DNA of 64,000 nucleotides from Octopus bimaculoides (GCF_001194135.2 NC_068982.1:141917069-141981068), one strand, 5' to 3'. Numbered from the stretch's first letter, positions 50,695-63,016 are shown. A program made the numbers and translations. Notes: generated from the letters alone by a model not told the origin.

Positions 50695-51176
50695 CATACA
50701 TAGGTATATACATACGTGTGTGTTTTTATGTGTCTGTGCTTGTGTGCATGTGTATGTGTGTGGGAGCGTGTGTATGTCTGTATGCATGTATTTCTGTATG
50801 CATATACGTATGTATGATATGAATATGTATAGATATTTCTAAATGAATGTATGTATCCTTATATATATATATATATATATNNNNNNNNNNNNNNNNNNNN
50901 NNNNNNNNNNNNNNNNNNNNNNNNNNNNNNNNNNNNNNNNNNNNNNNNNNNNNNNNNNNNNNNNNNNNNNNNNNNNNNNNNNNNNNNNNNNNNNNNNNNN
51001 NNNNNNNNNNNNNNNNNNNNNNNNNNNNNNNNNNNNNNNNNNNNNNNNNNNNNNNNNNNNNNNNNNNNNNNNNNNNNNNNNNNNNNNNNNNNNNNNNNNN
51101 NNNNNNNNNNNNNNNNNNNNNNNNNNNNNNNNNNNNNNNNNNNNNNNNNNNNNNNNNNNNNNNNNNNNNNNNNNNN

Positions 51177-51682
51177 AGCACTGGGGTCGATGTAATCGAC
51201 TTAATCCCCTTGTCTGTCCTTGTTTGTCCCCTCTATATTTAGCCCCTTGTGGGTAATAAAGAAATAAGAAATTATTAAAAAAAGAAAAAAAAGAAGGCGG
51301 CGAGCTGGCAGAATCGTTAGCACGCCGGGCGAAATGCTTAGCGGTATTTCGTCTGCCGTTACGTTCTGAGTTCAAATTCCGCCGAGGTCGACTTTGCCTT
51401 TCATCCTTTCGGGGTCGATAAATTAAGTACCAGTTACGCACTGGGGTCGATGTAATCGACTTAATCCGTTCGTCTGTTCTTGTTTGTTCCCTCTATGTTT
51501 AGCCCCTTGTGGGCAATAACGAAATAGGTATTTATGTTCTCAGTTCAAATTCCGCCGAGGTCGACTTTCCTTTTCAGCCTTTCGGGGTCGATACATTAAG
51601 TAGCAGTTGCGTACTGGGGTCGATCTAATCGTCTGGTCCCCTCCCCACAAATTTCGTGCCTTGTGACTAGAGTAGAAAATGA
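51177..51682 (+). mobile_element. Three tandem SINE family 1 copies; the middle one (51293-51530) is full-length and young-looking
   Basis: Middle copy has A-box TGGCAGAATCG, B-box GAGTTCAAATTCC, core GTCGACTTTGCCTTTCATCCTTTCGGGGTCGATAAATTAAGTACCAG and tail A; flanked by a tail A fragment and a 5'-truncated tail B copy. Confidence 0.95.
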
Positions 51683-52344
51683 TATTATATTCACATATAA
51701 ATAGTGACATACATATATATAGATATACACGGGTATATATATATATATTCACAAATATCTTGCGTAGATCATTAATTTCAGAAATTTCGTTTTGGCTTAA
51801 TCCACAGATAACAAGATCTTTAATCGACGATTCTTTACCTGAATATGGATTTAAAGGTAAACCATATAATACCTTAATAACATATATTTTTTCATTATTG
51901 TAGATGAATGCACATGGCAGATTTAGGTGTATTTGTTCTTTACAGATCAGCGATAAACAAATTTCTTTTATGTTTCTGAAATTTTCGCATGCAAACAGAT
52001 AAGCAGACTTTAAAATTTTATATATATGTTCCTCGCAATGAAAGGAAAATGCAACACATCTATTTGCTATTTTATGTCAGCAACGTCACACGTACATTTA
52101 CGTAGTTAAAAATACTCAGACATTACAATGCAAGAAAACAACTAGTTGGAGTCTAGACAATGCAAGGCAAAATGGCTATGATTTAATTTTTACATTGCTT
52201 TTCACCCAATATGAAAATTATTGTGTAAATATGATCGTTCCTGTGTTTTATGACGTTTCTGAATGTATGAAAATATGTATCAGATATACTTTCGTCTAAA
52301 CAAATGACAGGATAAAGATTGTATGAAAGGTTAAAGACTATCCA

Positions 52345-52822
52345 TTTCTAGGCCAACTCATTGAAAGTGAAATAAGTAACGCATACTATCAGCAAAAAGG
52401 AGCTACAGCACATACTTCACGGATCTCCATGGCGCTACTTCAAGAGGTTTTTGGTGATCAGATTTATCTCGAGGGAACCTTCGCCACCATGATTACTTGA
52501 TTTTACACCGCCAAACTTTTTTCTAGGGAGCAAGTAAAGGATCAGTGTACAAGAATCGACCGAAACCATTAATGAGCTAAAAGACACAATCAAAACCTTC
52601 ACACGTTCCATACCGCATCAGACTCTCCAAGATATATTTCAAACCATGTGGACAAGAGTCAACTTATGTATTGAAAATAAAGGACGATACTTTCAACACC
52701 CCTTATAAAGTTATTTTAAAGTCTTCTAAATGTTAATATATTCTTTTGTAGTCTTATACCTTCTTATAAATATTTATTTTGCAATAAAATACTTACTGCG
52801 GAGAGACCTTTTGAACACCCCA
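52345..52822 (+). mobile_element. 3' remnant of a Tc1/mariner (maT/DD37D-like) transposon with right TIR
   Basis: YQQKGATAHTSRISMALLQEVFGDQI ... TINELKDTI ... VNLCIENKGRYFQHPL*; TIR GAGACCTTTTGAACACCCCA followed by TA. Confidence 0.85.
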
Positions 52823-53498
52823 TATATTGCTATACAAACCGAAAAAGACTTAACTGTTACTCAGCGTTTCACACCATCGTTCATGAGACTACGACTAATT
52901 AATCTGTATTTTCACTCCTGATTTAGGAACAATCATCTGAAAATCTGGGTAGCAGTCAAGGAAGTTTTTTCGGTTTTAATAAAGAGATATTTGACACTGA
53001 TTTTCGTATTCAAATTTGTATTTTCCGCCTTTATACTCAATATTGTCTTAGGATTGCTACTACCTACTACCTGCTACGAAGCCTTCAAAAGAGTAAAAGA
53101 GAAAGACAAACAGACAGAAAAAATGAAAATGTCACTTGCATTTGAAAACTATAGAAATATTTTCAAAAACCATTTTATTTAATTTTTCCACAATTTAATT
53201 GTTTTCCATGCTTTATTCTAAGTTAAAAAAGTCGCAAAGACTTAAACCGGTACTAAAATATTCTTCATGATAAAATTATTTTTGCCTTTTCTACTTGTCT
53301 TATTTTCCTTATAATCGTGTGTTCCTTTTCACACTAGTACACATACACACACACACACACACACATACACACACACACACACATACACGTATATATATAT
53401 ATATATATATAACTGTTAAAGAGGACAACAAATGATAAGGTAGCACAAACATCTGAAGTCATGAGATGTTTGACTTGCGGTGCTCCCGACCAATTAAA

Positions 53499-53569
53499 CA
53501 GTTTAGCTTAATTGGTCGAGATCACAGCGACGAGTAATCACGAGGTGTGAGTTCGAGTTTCATGGCTGG
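53499..53569 (+). pseudogene. Degenerate tRNA-like sequence (possible Thr-AGT origin; pseudogene or orphan SINE head)
   Basis: A-box TAGCTTAATTGGT, T-arm GTGAG-TTCGAGT-TTCAT, acceptor pairing CAGTT/GGCTG, loop CGAGTAA; anticodon and D stems imperfect. Confidence 0.4.
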
Positions 53570-53699
53570 CCGCCTACACTTTTTGGTGCAAAATAGGGGT
53601 TGTTTATTCTGTTCAGGCTATATTATTAGCATTATCCTGCTTGTGAGAATTTAAAATCACTTCTTTAAATTTCTAAGACATCTCGGCGCTTGTAAAAGC

Positions 53700-54900
53700 A
53701 AACTTCGTTTGTTTGTTTCCGTACATCGTAATTTGAATTTATATATATATATATAAATTCCTTTACGTTTCAAGCCTACGCTCTTCGACAGAAAAGAATA
53801 AGAAGCAATAGAGAAAGAATGAAAAAGAAAACGCATTGAGTTCAGTAGTGGAACATGGCGAAGGATTGCAAAAAAAAGTCGTTGAATGAAAGGGAGATAA
53901 GTATACAGAGAGTTTCAATTAAGGGGAGATCCCGACAAAAGGAAGTTCGCAAGCATGTATGTATGGTGTGTGAGTGTGTAAGTGTGTATGTGAGAATGGG
54001 GCGATTTTGACGCGTGTATGTGTGTGCGTTTGTGTGTGTGAGTGAGTGTGTTGTGTGTAGAAGTTGATGCGTACCTTATCACATGGTGTGTGTATGTGTC
54101 ACTATAACCAAATGGTGTGCATGTGTATAGTGTATGTATGTGGGCGAAAGTTATCTTTGACTATCTGTGTTGTGTGTGTGTGTGTATGAGTTTTTGCGTA
54201 TTCATGAATGTGTGTATGTATCGTCTGTGTTTATGTATTATGTGCTTCCCTGGGTGTGGGAGTGTGGATGACGATGTGTGGTGTGTATACTGAGTTAAAC
54301 AGTATGTGTGGCTCATCATATAGTAGTATGTGTGGTGACGTTATTCACAGTTCTGTGTGTGTAGATGATGGTGTGTTATGTGCGTGCTCAGAAATGTGTG
54401 TGGAGTGGGAAGGTGGTGTGTGTGTGTGTGTCTAATAGCGTGTAAAATGAATGATGAGTTAAACAGTGTGTATGGGTGTGTGTATAGTGGTGTGTGGATG
54501 TGGGTAGCAAGGTGGGAGGTATGCATGTGTGTAGGTGGAGGATGTGGGAGGTGAATGGGAATCCGTGTGAGATTGGTGTCAAATGAAGAGAGGAGATAGG
54601 GTTGGTGTCAAATGAAGAGCGGAGGAGAGTTGAGCCCATTTGGGGCAAAGGAACTAAACCAGAAGATTAATTCATGATCACGGCGAAGCTGAGAGTCCGA
54701 GTGGCCCCTGTGCAGAGACTGTACTGACTCAGATGGATGTTGTAACGAACGACTGGTAGTGCGGAAAATAGTACGGGACAGGGGTATCATTGCCGAGTCT
54801 GATGTCCCGGAGGTGCTACACGAACCGTCAGCCAAGCGGCGTCCCGTGTAATCAATGTAGAGGGAAGGATGTGCAATTATAGTAAGATCTCAAAGCAGTT
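53700..54900 (-). mobile_element. Penelope-like element 3' part: GIY-YIG domain remnant, CA/TC-rich spacer, pseudo-LTR with HHR
   Basis: Minus-strand frameshifted PSLYIDYTGRRLAD.FV*HLRDIRLGNDTPV...SLHRGHSDSQLRRDHELIFWFSSFAPNGLNSPPLFI* (54608-54870), low-complexity 53940-54600, HHR-like motif 53760-53795. Confidence 0.75.
53760..53795 (-). ncRNA. Minimal type I hammerhead-like motif with CUGUCGA core
   Basis: Minus strand TTTT-CTGTCGA-A-GAGC-GTAG-GCTT-GAA-ACGT-A-AAGG. Confidence 0.55.
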
Positions 54901-55230
54901 GCAAACTGAATTTATTTTTCTGAATATATACATACTGTTTTCCACAAAATCTGTTGATCGGTTCATTTCGCGTAATTGCTCAGAGAATTATTCTTTCTCT
55001 CCTGTAATTCTCTTAAGCTTGGTGGTAATTTTCTCGGACGCTATGTTGTATTAGTAGGCAACCTGTTTTAATAGTCCAAAGATCTTCATTATGATTAAAT
55101 CATACTTTCGACGAACATCTGTAGATATATTTGCAAATTTCACAGAAATATTCGAATTGAATTTTAAGTATAAGCATGATATATATATATAAGTGTGTGT
55201 GTGTGTTTGTGTGTATGTATACGTACATAA

Positions 55231-55267
<37 letters not shown>

Positions 55268-55792
55268 GACGCACATACATATGTATATACAAATAGTTTG
55301 TAGGAATTTCATAAGACATTTTTCTTGTAGTGTAGATCTATTTATTACATATCCTTTCTAAATCTAAAATCATGCATTCTTAAAATGAATTTACTGTTCT
55401 AAGTTCTGAATTATTGCATCTACAGACGTCGATGGTAATCCTTTCAACTATTATATCCGCAGGATATAATAGTTTTATTGATACTAATTTCGTTTTATAT
55501 GTTGAGTCACACGTTATCTGAAGTCATCCAGTTTCATCTTTACTGATGGAACTTATATTTCTATTATTATTCTGTTTGTTCCTTTACTTATAGGCTTTCT
55601 TCTTCCTTCATATGTAACTACAAATGTTGCATAAGCAATATATCTGTAAATGACAATTTCATAATAGTCAGTCAAATGATACTTCTCTCCAGTTTGCTTT
55701 TGTTCAATGCAAGGAATATATTACTTTGATACCCACCCTTGTGTGGCAATAATCTAAAGCGGTCATCTATTGTTCAATATAATTAATATGGA

Positions 55793-56015
55793 TAATGCGG
55801 CGAGCTGGCAGGCTCATCAGCACGTTGAGAAAAATGCTTAGTGGCCTTTCGTCTGTCTTTACATTCTGATATCACATTAACGCATACGAAGACATTGTAT
55901 TTTATCCTTTTGGCTTCGATAAAGTATATGCCAGTCAAACACTGGATTTGATTCAATAGAGTAGTCTTCTCGTCTAAAATTTTGGGCCTTCTGGTGCCTG
56001 TAGTAGAAAGGAATA
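55793..56015 (+). mobile_element. Degenerate SINE family 1 copy (tail B)
   Basis: gcggcgagctggcag..aaatgcttagtggcctttcgtctgtctttacattctga...aaattttgggccttctggtgcctgtagtagaaagg. Confidence 0.75.
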
Positions 56016-57249
56016 TCATTAATATGAATATATTGACTGTGCTCGTCAAAACGTCTATGCTTGTTTTTGTTTTCTGATTTCTTTTGTGTGTGATACGGTT
56101 AGATACAATTACACATTAATTTATACTCTAAATATTTTCATGGGTGAAGCCATATTCTGTCAGCAAAAATGTCGCGTTCAAAATAGAAGGCTCAGGACGA
56201 GTTCTCAGGCGTGACAGTTTGGCGAGTGATTTTATCTGTGGAAGATCAGAGCTTTGACATCGACAGTTCTTTAAAGGAGATCACCTGAACTACACTGCAA
56301 AACACTACAGATGCATATGGGTAGATTTTTAATCCCGAACTCGTTTGATATCCTTTAACTTTGAAACCTACAGGGTGTTGTAGGTTGCTACAACAATCTT
56401 AAATTGGCCTCCACCTAAAATTAAACTTATCAACAGCTATAGTTGGATATAGATATAAACACATACATATACACATATAACTGCATATGTACATATCAGT
56501 GTGTATGGATACATGTATACGTGTGTATCTGTAGGAGAGAATGTATGAGTATGTGTATGTATATATATATATATATAGACACGCACATATACGTGAATAC
56601 ATACACACACGCACGCATATATATATATAAACACACATAAATACATGCATACGTATGTATGTACGTATGTGCATACAAAAATACAACTAAATGCCTAAGA
56701 ATACATACATAAAGCAAAGCATACAAATCTCCACATATACATACATATATACAAACAAAAATACCCTGTTGTTGATGTTGAAATTCAGATGAAGGAGTTT
56801 TGGATCTAGGTTGGACAGTGACTCTTTCTCTATCTTGAAATAAAATCATACATACATGCATGCAGACATCCATCTATGCATACATATAAAAATCCCGTCT
56901 ACTAATATGTTATCAACATGCTGTGGTTTCGAAGTATTCGGTTTATGGTATGGTACGACGTTCGAAAAAATTTATTCACCTGCATAGAAATCTCATTACC
57001 CGGCTTCAATAACTGAATCACCATGTTTTTATCAAAACGTAGAGCATAACTGAAAGACTTATCAACGACTACATAGAAACTAAACATTAAACGAGATAAT
57101 GTATCAAAAACTTATATAAAATAGCGAGGAAAAAAATTAAAACTTACTTTACAGAGATTGAAGAAAATAGATCTTACTGTTGGAAGATTAACAAGATAAC
57201 GTTTCTGAAGAGGGATTAAAACCACATATATACAAAAACACATACATGA

Positions 57250-57289
57250 AGAAAGATAAGTAGACAGAGAGACAGACAGATAGATAGAC

Positions 57290-57344
<55 letters not shown>

Positions 57345-57360
57345 GACAGACAGACAGGTG

Positions 57361-57414
<54 letters not shown>

Positions 57415-57415
57415 A
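57250..57415. repeat. (GATA)/(GACA)n microsatellite
   Basis: Directly visible. Confidence 0.95.
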
Positions 57416-58109
57416 GCATAACACATAAAAAAATTGTTTTTTAGTTTCTTTTTGAATTAAGCCGTGCAATAAATCTTTCGCATCTGAAATATTCAAAATA
57501 CATTTATAACCTATATTGTATGTAGCAGCTAGCATAATTCCGGATAAAACCAAATATATTAGATAAAGAACGTAACAGAGAATAAAGAGAAAAAAATAAC
57601 GCATATAATATATGAAACATAAGAGAATAAAACATTAACGAAGCAGACAGAAATTATCACTATTAACAGAAATACAATATTAGCATAACCAAATAAACAA
57701 GTTCGATGATATAATGACATATAATAAACATAGAGTAATGAATAAATCAAAAGTGCAGGAAATTAAGTAAACATCACCAAAACGGATCAGACGAATCATA
57801 GATAAATAACGAACGCAGAGTAAAATGTTTACTGAAAGTAGACAGATATCCTGCTAGGTGGTAAATCGTAGAAAAATATAGAAATACACCAGATTTCGAA
57901 TATGAGAAATAACGGATTATATAAGGTGAAATATGCTACGAGAGAAAGAACATTAAAAAGGGGTATTTTCCCACCAGATACCCGGAAACAAAGAGAAGTA
58001 TTATTTCAGAACAAAGGATAACAGAAACATATTGTGTGAGAAATCGCGGTTATACAATAGAAGTATGAAGCTGATCGATGCGGCAAAACAATAAGATGAC
58101 ATGAAAAAA

Positions 58110-58790
58110 TACGTTGCTCTGACTTCTATCTTTTCTCTTTTCTCTGTTACTTTTTACCGTGATTGGACCTCAACCACGCTGAAGACCCAACCCCCTATTA
58201 AAGGGTTTAGTCAAGTAAATCGTCCCCGCTATTTTCTAAATTTGCTATTTATTCTATCGCTATCATGCCGAATACTTTAGGGAACATAAACAAAGTCACA
58301 CCGATTTTCAAGCGGTGATCGGGACAAACACGTCAGGACACGCACAGAAACATATATATGTTTGTGTGTGTATTTGTATGTATATGTGCGTACGTATGTA
58401 TACGGGTTTCTTTCAGTTTCTTATTTCTTTACTGCCCACATGGGGCTACACAAAGAGGGGACAAACAAGGACAGACAATCGGATTAAGTCGATTATATCG
58501 ATCCCAGTGCGTAATTGGTACTTATTTAATCGACCCCGAAAGGATGAAAGGCAAAGTTGACCTCGGCGGAATTTGAACTCAAAACGTAGCGGTAGACGAA
58601 ATATCGCTAAGCATTTCGCCCGGCATGCTATCGTTTCTGCCAGCTCGCAGCCTTCTTTCAGTTTCTATCTATCAAATTCACTCTGCATTATTAGAAGACC
58701 CTTGTCCAAGGTGTCACGCTGCATGGCTGAATCCGAAACCAAGTGGTTGCTCCGCAAGTTTCTTAACCCCATAGACTGTCTTAAATTATT
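58110..58790 (-). mobile_element. SINE family 2 copy split by a nested SINE family 1 insertion
   Basis: 5' head at 58653-58790 (minus: GGTTAAGAAACTTGC..GTGACACCTTGGACAAG..CTTCTA), 3' part at 58110-58421; duplicated TTCTTTCAGTTTCT at the break. Confidence 0.7.
58422..58652 (-). mobile_element. Full-length SINE family 1 copy (tail A) with 14-bp target-site duplication
   Basis: TTCTTTCAGTTTCT at 58408-58421 and 58653-58666. Confidence 0.92.
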
Positions 58791-60111
58791 TACCATTCAC
58801 AATTTCAGTATTAGAATTTCCACGTGTGTTTAAAAAGTCGAAGCTCACTAGGTAGAACGGATAATAAAATAGATACTTTTGAAAACACTAAAGGTTTATT
58901 TCCATATTCCTTTTAACCTTTCGGTTTAAGAGCCAGCATTATTGTTTTGCAAATGTAATTGTCTCGCAAGTGATTTGATGTGAGACTGTGTTTTGACACT
59001 GAAGCAATTACGTATTGAACCAGCCAACTAAAAACAACCCAATTATTAAACTTATTTTTGAATTAGTTATAGTTGAACTGTTGTAATGACGAGTTCGCTG
59101 TGGTTCGATGAAAATTTTGGCACCTGAAGGAATAAATAAACAGAACATTTTACATTGATTTGCGTTTTTGTTGAGGTTGTTTTGATATTGTTGATGTTTA
59201 GACAAAGCCAACCATGGCCGGGCAGTTCCATGATCAAAGTCTTTTCAGTCGTAGTCATCATAGTCCAGATTAAGAATACATTGTTTAATGTGTCCATTCT
59301 TCGCATTTTGGAAAACGAGGCAAGGATTTGGTTAAAAGTTCAGTCCAGTTCTCTATTTATTTATAACAGAATTCAGAACAGAATGGGTGATTATTGTAGT
59401 TTAGTCATTCTGTGCCCTGACTCAGAAGACGTACAGTCGAATCAAACCAAATTTCACCGTTGCATCCTCTCTCCATATACATGGAACTGAAGACCACGTT
59501 ATTTAACACAAACGTTTCTGATAATTGTTTCAACTTTTTGGTAGTGAAAGCCTATCTTCATTTAGGTCAACGCTAAATGCCAGAAGACTTATATTCATAT
59601 ATATTCCAATCGTCACCAATTCGGAGTATGTACCGTTACATAAACTATGTTCTTTCTTTGCTGTTTTTCCAGGGAAATTTTACTTTTATTTCTATGAGTT
59701 AGAATTACAGCATTATGTTTATTCATCTTGGCCTCTTGAGAGATTCATGAAATTTATATAAAGAGAAGATTTAGTGGAATGTCCGGCGGAAGTACATATA
59801 CAGCCTTTATGCAGGCGCATGTCTTGATTGACATTGAAGGGTTCTTCTTCTACTTGAAGCAGATGTAAATGAGTTCTGTTGCACAATGATACGCTAAATA
59901 TCTCTATTTCACTTCAGCTTTCATAGAACCTGAGTTGGGTGTTTCCCTGCCATTAACAGCAAAATAGTTTAGTGGTCTTATTCCTCTGTTAGAGTACATT
60001 AGTTCATCACCAGATTAACGCTAAAAATATTTTCCTCCCTTGAGCAATATTTGTAGAGATAGGTGAAGTATAGTAAAATGTACCCATAAACTTCTCTTTT
60101 ATTTATTTACA

Positions 60112-60422
60112 TTATGACCAAAACTGCGTGTACTCCATCCCGTGCAGCTGTGGTAGTTTATACAGAGGCGAAACACGCCGCCCCATCGAAATAAGAATAA
60201 AGGGAACATCGCAAAGCTGTGACACGAGGAGATATTGTTAAATCGTGTCTAGCTGATTATGTATGGAAAAACGGAGATCACCTCTCCCTGTGGGATTAAG
60301 TTAAAGTAATAGACAGAGAACACCACTGGAAAATACGAAAACTAAAAGAAGCAGCACATATGCTATGACACAACCACCTAATAATAATAATAATAATCAT
60401 AATCCTAATAATAATAATAATG

Positions 60423-60467
<45 letters not shown>

Positions 60468-60648
60468 GCGAAAGATACCTTGAGAATGAGAACCCAGGTT
60501 CGAAATTTTCCCAAGACACCTGATGAAGGCTGGAGGCTACATCAGCCGAAACGTTGTGTCAACAACAAAGATGAAGACAATTATCCGTCAAATGTAAATA
60601 ACGTAAATAATGTACACAATTCCTCATCTCTTAAATATAGAACTGTAT
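60112..60648 (+). mobile_element. Penelope-like element 3' end: GIY-YIG endonuclease remnant, (TAA)n expansion, pseudo-LTR with HHR
   Basis: NCVYSIPCSCGSLYRGETRRPIEIRIK(fs)EHRKAVTRGDIVKSCLADYVW...WD*VKVIDREHHWKIRKLKEAAHML is a typical PLE GIY-YIG domain; HHR about 130 bp further on. Confidence 0.9.
60515..60560 (+). ncRNA. Minimal type I hammerhead ribozyme
   Basis: GACAC-CTGATGA-A-GGCTG-gaggctacat-CAGCC-GAA-ACGT-T-GTGTC: perfect 5-bp stems I and II, intact core, palindromic ACGT stem III, GUU triplet. Confidence 0.8.
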
Positions 60649-61017
60649 TCTCTTTTATTTTACGGAATATTTTGTGAGCTCATGAGGATTTTAGCGAATC
60701 TTTCATTAAGTCAATCTTGATCCATACAAGCAGTTAGAAGTAAGACTAAAGAAAAAGGTCTGAAGAACTCGATAACCTCTACAATGAGTGCAACCATGTT
60801 CTCTCCTGGACAGCTCTTATGGAACTTACCCACAAGAAAATTGTGGGAGAATTAACTGACCAGCATTTAAAGGGCTGTATTTCTCATTTTAGATTGTGCT
60901 GAGTGATTCAGATTTCGTTGGGCAAACGCCTACAGTCGATCCGTTACAATATTTCCACCATGTTGTTCTCATGTACATGGGTACTCTTCTTTTGCTTCTT
61001 TTGCACCCTTTTAAAGC

Positions 61018-61289
61018 ATAGCCAGGCTCTTGGGCCCGTTTTTTCGGTTTCTATGGCGTATTTGGTCCCCCACCCAGCTGGACGGGACGCCAGTCCATCG
61101 TAGTGTTACTCAAGAAACAGGAAGAAAGAGTGAGAGAAAGTTAGGGCGAAAGAGTACAACAGAGGTCCCCCCCCCACCACCTGCCGAAGCATCGTGGAGC
61201 TTTTAGGTGTTTTCGCTCAATAAAAACACACAACGCCCAGTCTGGGAATCGAAAGCGCGATCCACCGCTGCTCTAACCACTGGGCCATT
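61018..61289 (-). mobile_element. SINE family 3 copy with alternative (V-domain-like) 3' part
   Basis: Minus strand TGGCCCAGTGGTTAGAGC head and gagcgaaaacaccta.aagctccacga as at 19574, but continuing ACGATGGACTGGCGTCCCGTCCAG. Confidence 0.75.
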
Positions 61290-61379
61290 ACTACAACCAC
61301 ATTATCCAATGTGAAGTTTTCCAAACTCATAAGATGTTATTTCTAGTAGCACATGAGTGTTTCAATCCTAGGAGTGAAC

Positions 61380-61720
61380 TATTATCTTCGTTTATCTCCA
61401 GATCACCACCGGCCTCCAGAATATCTACTATCAAAGATATTCCAGCCGCCCGTGACTATTTGGGTTTTTAGAATAATCAGTACAAGTTTCAACTGGCTAA
61501 TCGCTCATTAACTTCATTTCCTATGGGGAAATCACAAAGGTATTATCATTACTGACTTCGACCGAGAAGGATTTCTTTTCGTGGAAAATATGTTCCAAAA
61601 AAAGCTGAAAATGTTTGGAAGAATTTATCACTCGCTGAGATGCGAAACTCTCAAGCTTATTGAGAACGAGAGCAGTTTGATTTTGATGAGTGAACCAAAT
61701 TACTCAACTAAAAACAACGT
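61380..61720 (+). mobile_element. Possible very old Tc1/mariner C-terminal remnant
   Basis: Scattered FLWG-like and KLIENE...DE* motifs in mixed frames; no TIR seen. Confidence 0.3.
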
Positions 61721-62599
61721 GAACCATAAAATGAAGCAGGGTACAATAGTTCCATTGCACAATACAATGAACTTGTGAATAAACAATAAATTAAGTGTTA
61801 CTTGGAAGGCTGGAAAGATACGCAGAGCTACATGTCTTTAAGATCCAGAGTAAGGAATATATGGACAAGAGAAGGTACACGTACAACTAACACATCATGC
61901 GCCATATAGTACCACGAGTAACACACACATTAACACAAACTAACACGCATACACACTCAAACACAGATACTCATACGTAGGCAGACACATACAAGTACGC
62001 GCATGCGCTGGCACGACATCAGAACAATTACAATACAAAATGCTTTTAAATCAAAAATATACTAACTTAATGAAATAAAATTTTCATACATTCCTTAATC
62101 AAAGACTTACGTGTTCTACTGTACAACACGAAAGTAAAAAATAAAGAACTAAATTGAATTAAATCAGAAATGTTGTAAATATTTAGCCAAATACGCAAAC
62201 AAACATATAAAACATTCTACGATGCAATTTGCGTCATCACCAACCTAAAAAAAAATGCCACATTGCAACACATGGTGCAATGACATGTTCAAGTAACTAT
62301 TCCACTCCAAAGCAATAAAAATCATTACGTACGTTTCCAAATTTAAACAACTGCACCAAAACAAAAATACGAAATGCAAGATATATGATTTTAAACTAAA
62401 CAAGAATCTGTTGGAAAGCGCAACAACCACATATATTCCCTGAAACTCAATCGCTTTAGGGCCTGAGGAAATAACAAACAGAAGTGAGGAACTCCTAGCG
62501 CTGGAAGGGATAATTCAAATTTTTAACAGAAGCAGCATCACAGAATAACACTATTTAGGTATATATTCAAAAGTCCTAGAATGAGCCATTCTAGGTATC

Positions 62600-63016
62600 G
62601 GTTTCAAATTTAGACACTGGGCCAGTAAGTTCGGAGGAGGGATCTAGATGGTAACGTTGACCCCCAGGATGCAATTGGTATTTATTTTATCGACCCTGAA
62701 AAAATGAAAGGAATCTAAACTCAGAAGCTAAATACGGACGAAAAGCCGCTAAGCATTTCGCCCGTAGCGCTAGTGATTCTCTCAGCTCACCACCTTATCT
62801 CATCTTAGATATTGATTTCAAATTTCGGTACAATGCTACCAATTTTGGTGGAGTGTAAATCGATTATATTGACCCCAGTAATCAACGGGTACTTATTTTA
62901 TCGACTCCGCAAACATGAAAGGCAAAAACGACATCGTTGGAATTTAAACTCAGAGCTCAGAGAACGAAATGTCGCAATGCATATCACGAGCTAATGATTC
63001 TACCAGCTCGCCACCT
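62600..63016 (-). mobile_element. Two tandem degenerate SINE family 1 copies (tail C)
   Basis: ttttatcgaccctgaaaaaatgaaagg...ctaagcatttcgcccg..gctagtgattctctcagctcacc and ttatcgactccgcaaacatgaaaggcaaaa...gctaatgattctaccagctcgccacc. Confidence 0.75.

Noticed and set aside
51293-51400. SINE heads as genuine tRNA genes
   Set aside because: They have A and B boxes but no cloverleaf, and continue into a repeated SINE core and tail.
52862-52895. Minus-strand CTCATGA...GAAACGCTGAG hammerhead look-alike
   Set aside because: Core G5 altered, stem II only 3 weak pairs, no valid stem III/NUH.
56765-56850. CAGATGAAGG motif in a short repeat, possibly another PLE pseudo-LTR
   Set aside because: Both core halves would need mutations (no GAAA); not supportable from this copy.
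60720-60900. Open segment SEELDNLYNECNHVLSWTALMELTHKK, vaguely like the LINE EN-RT linker
   Set aside because: Similarity too weak to assign without a search.
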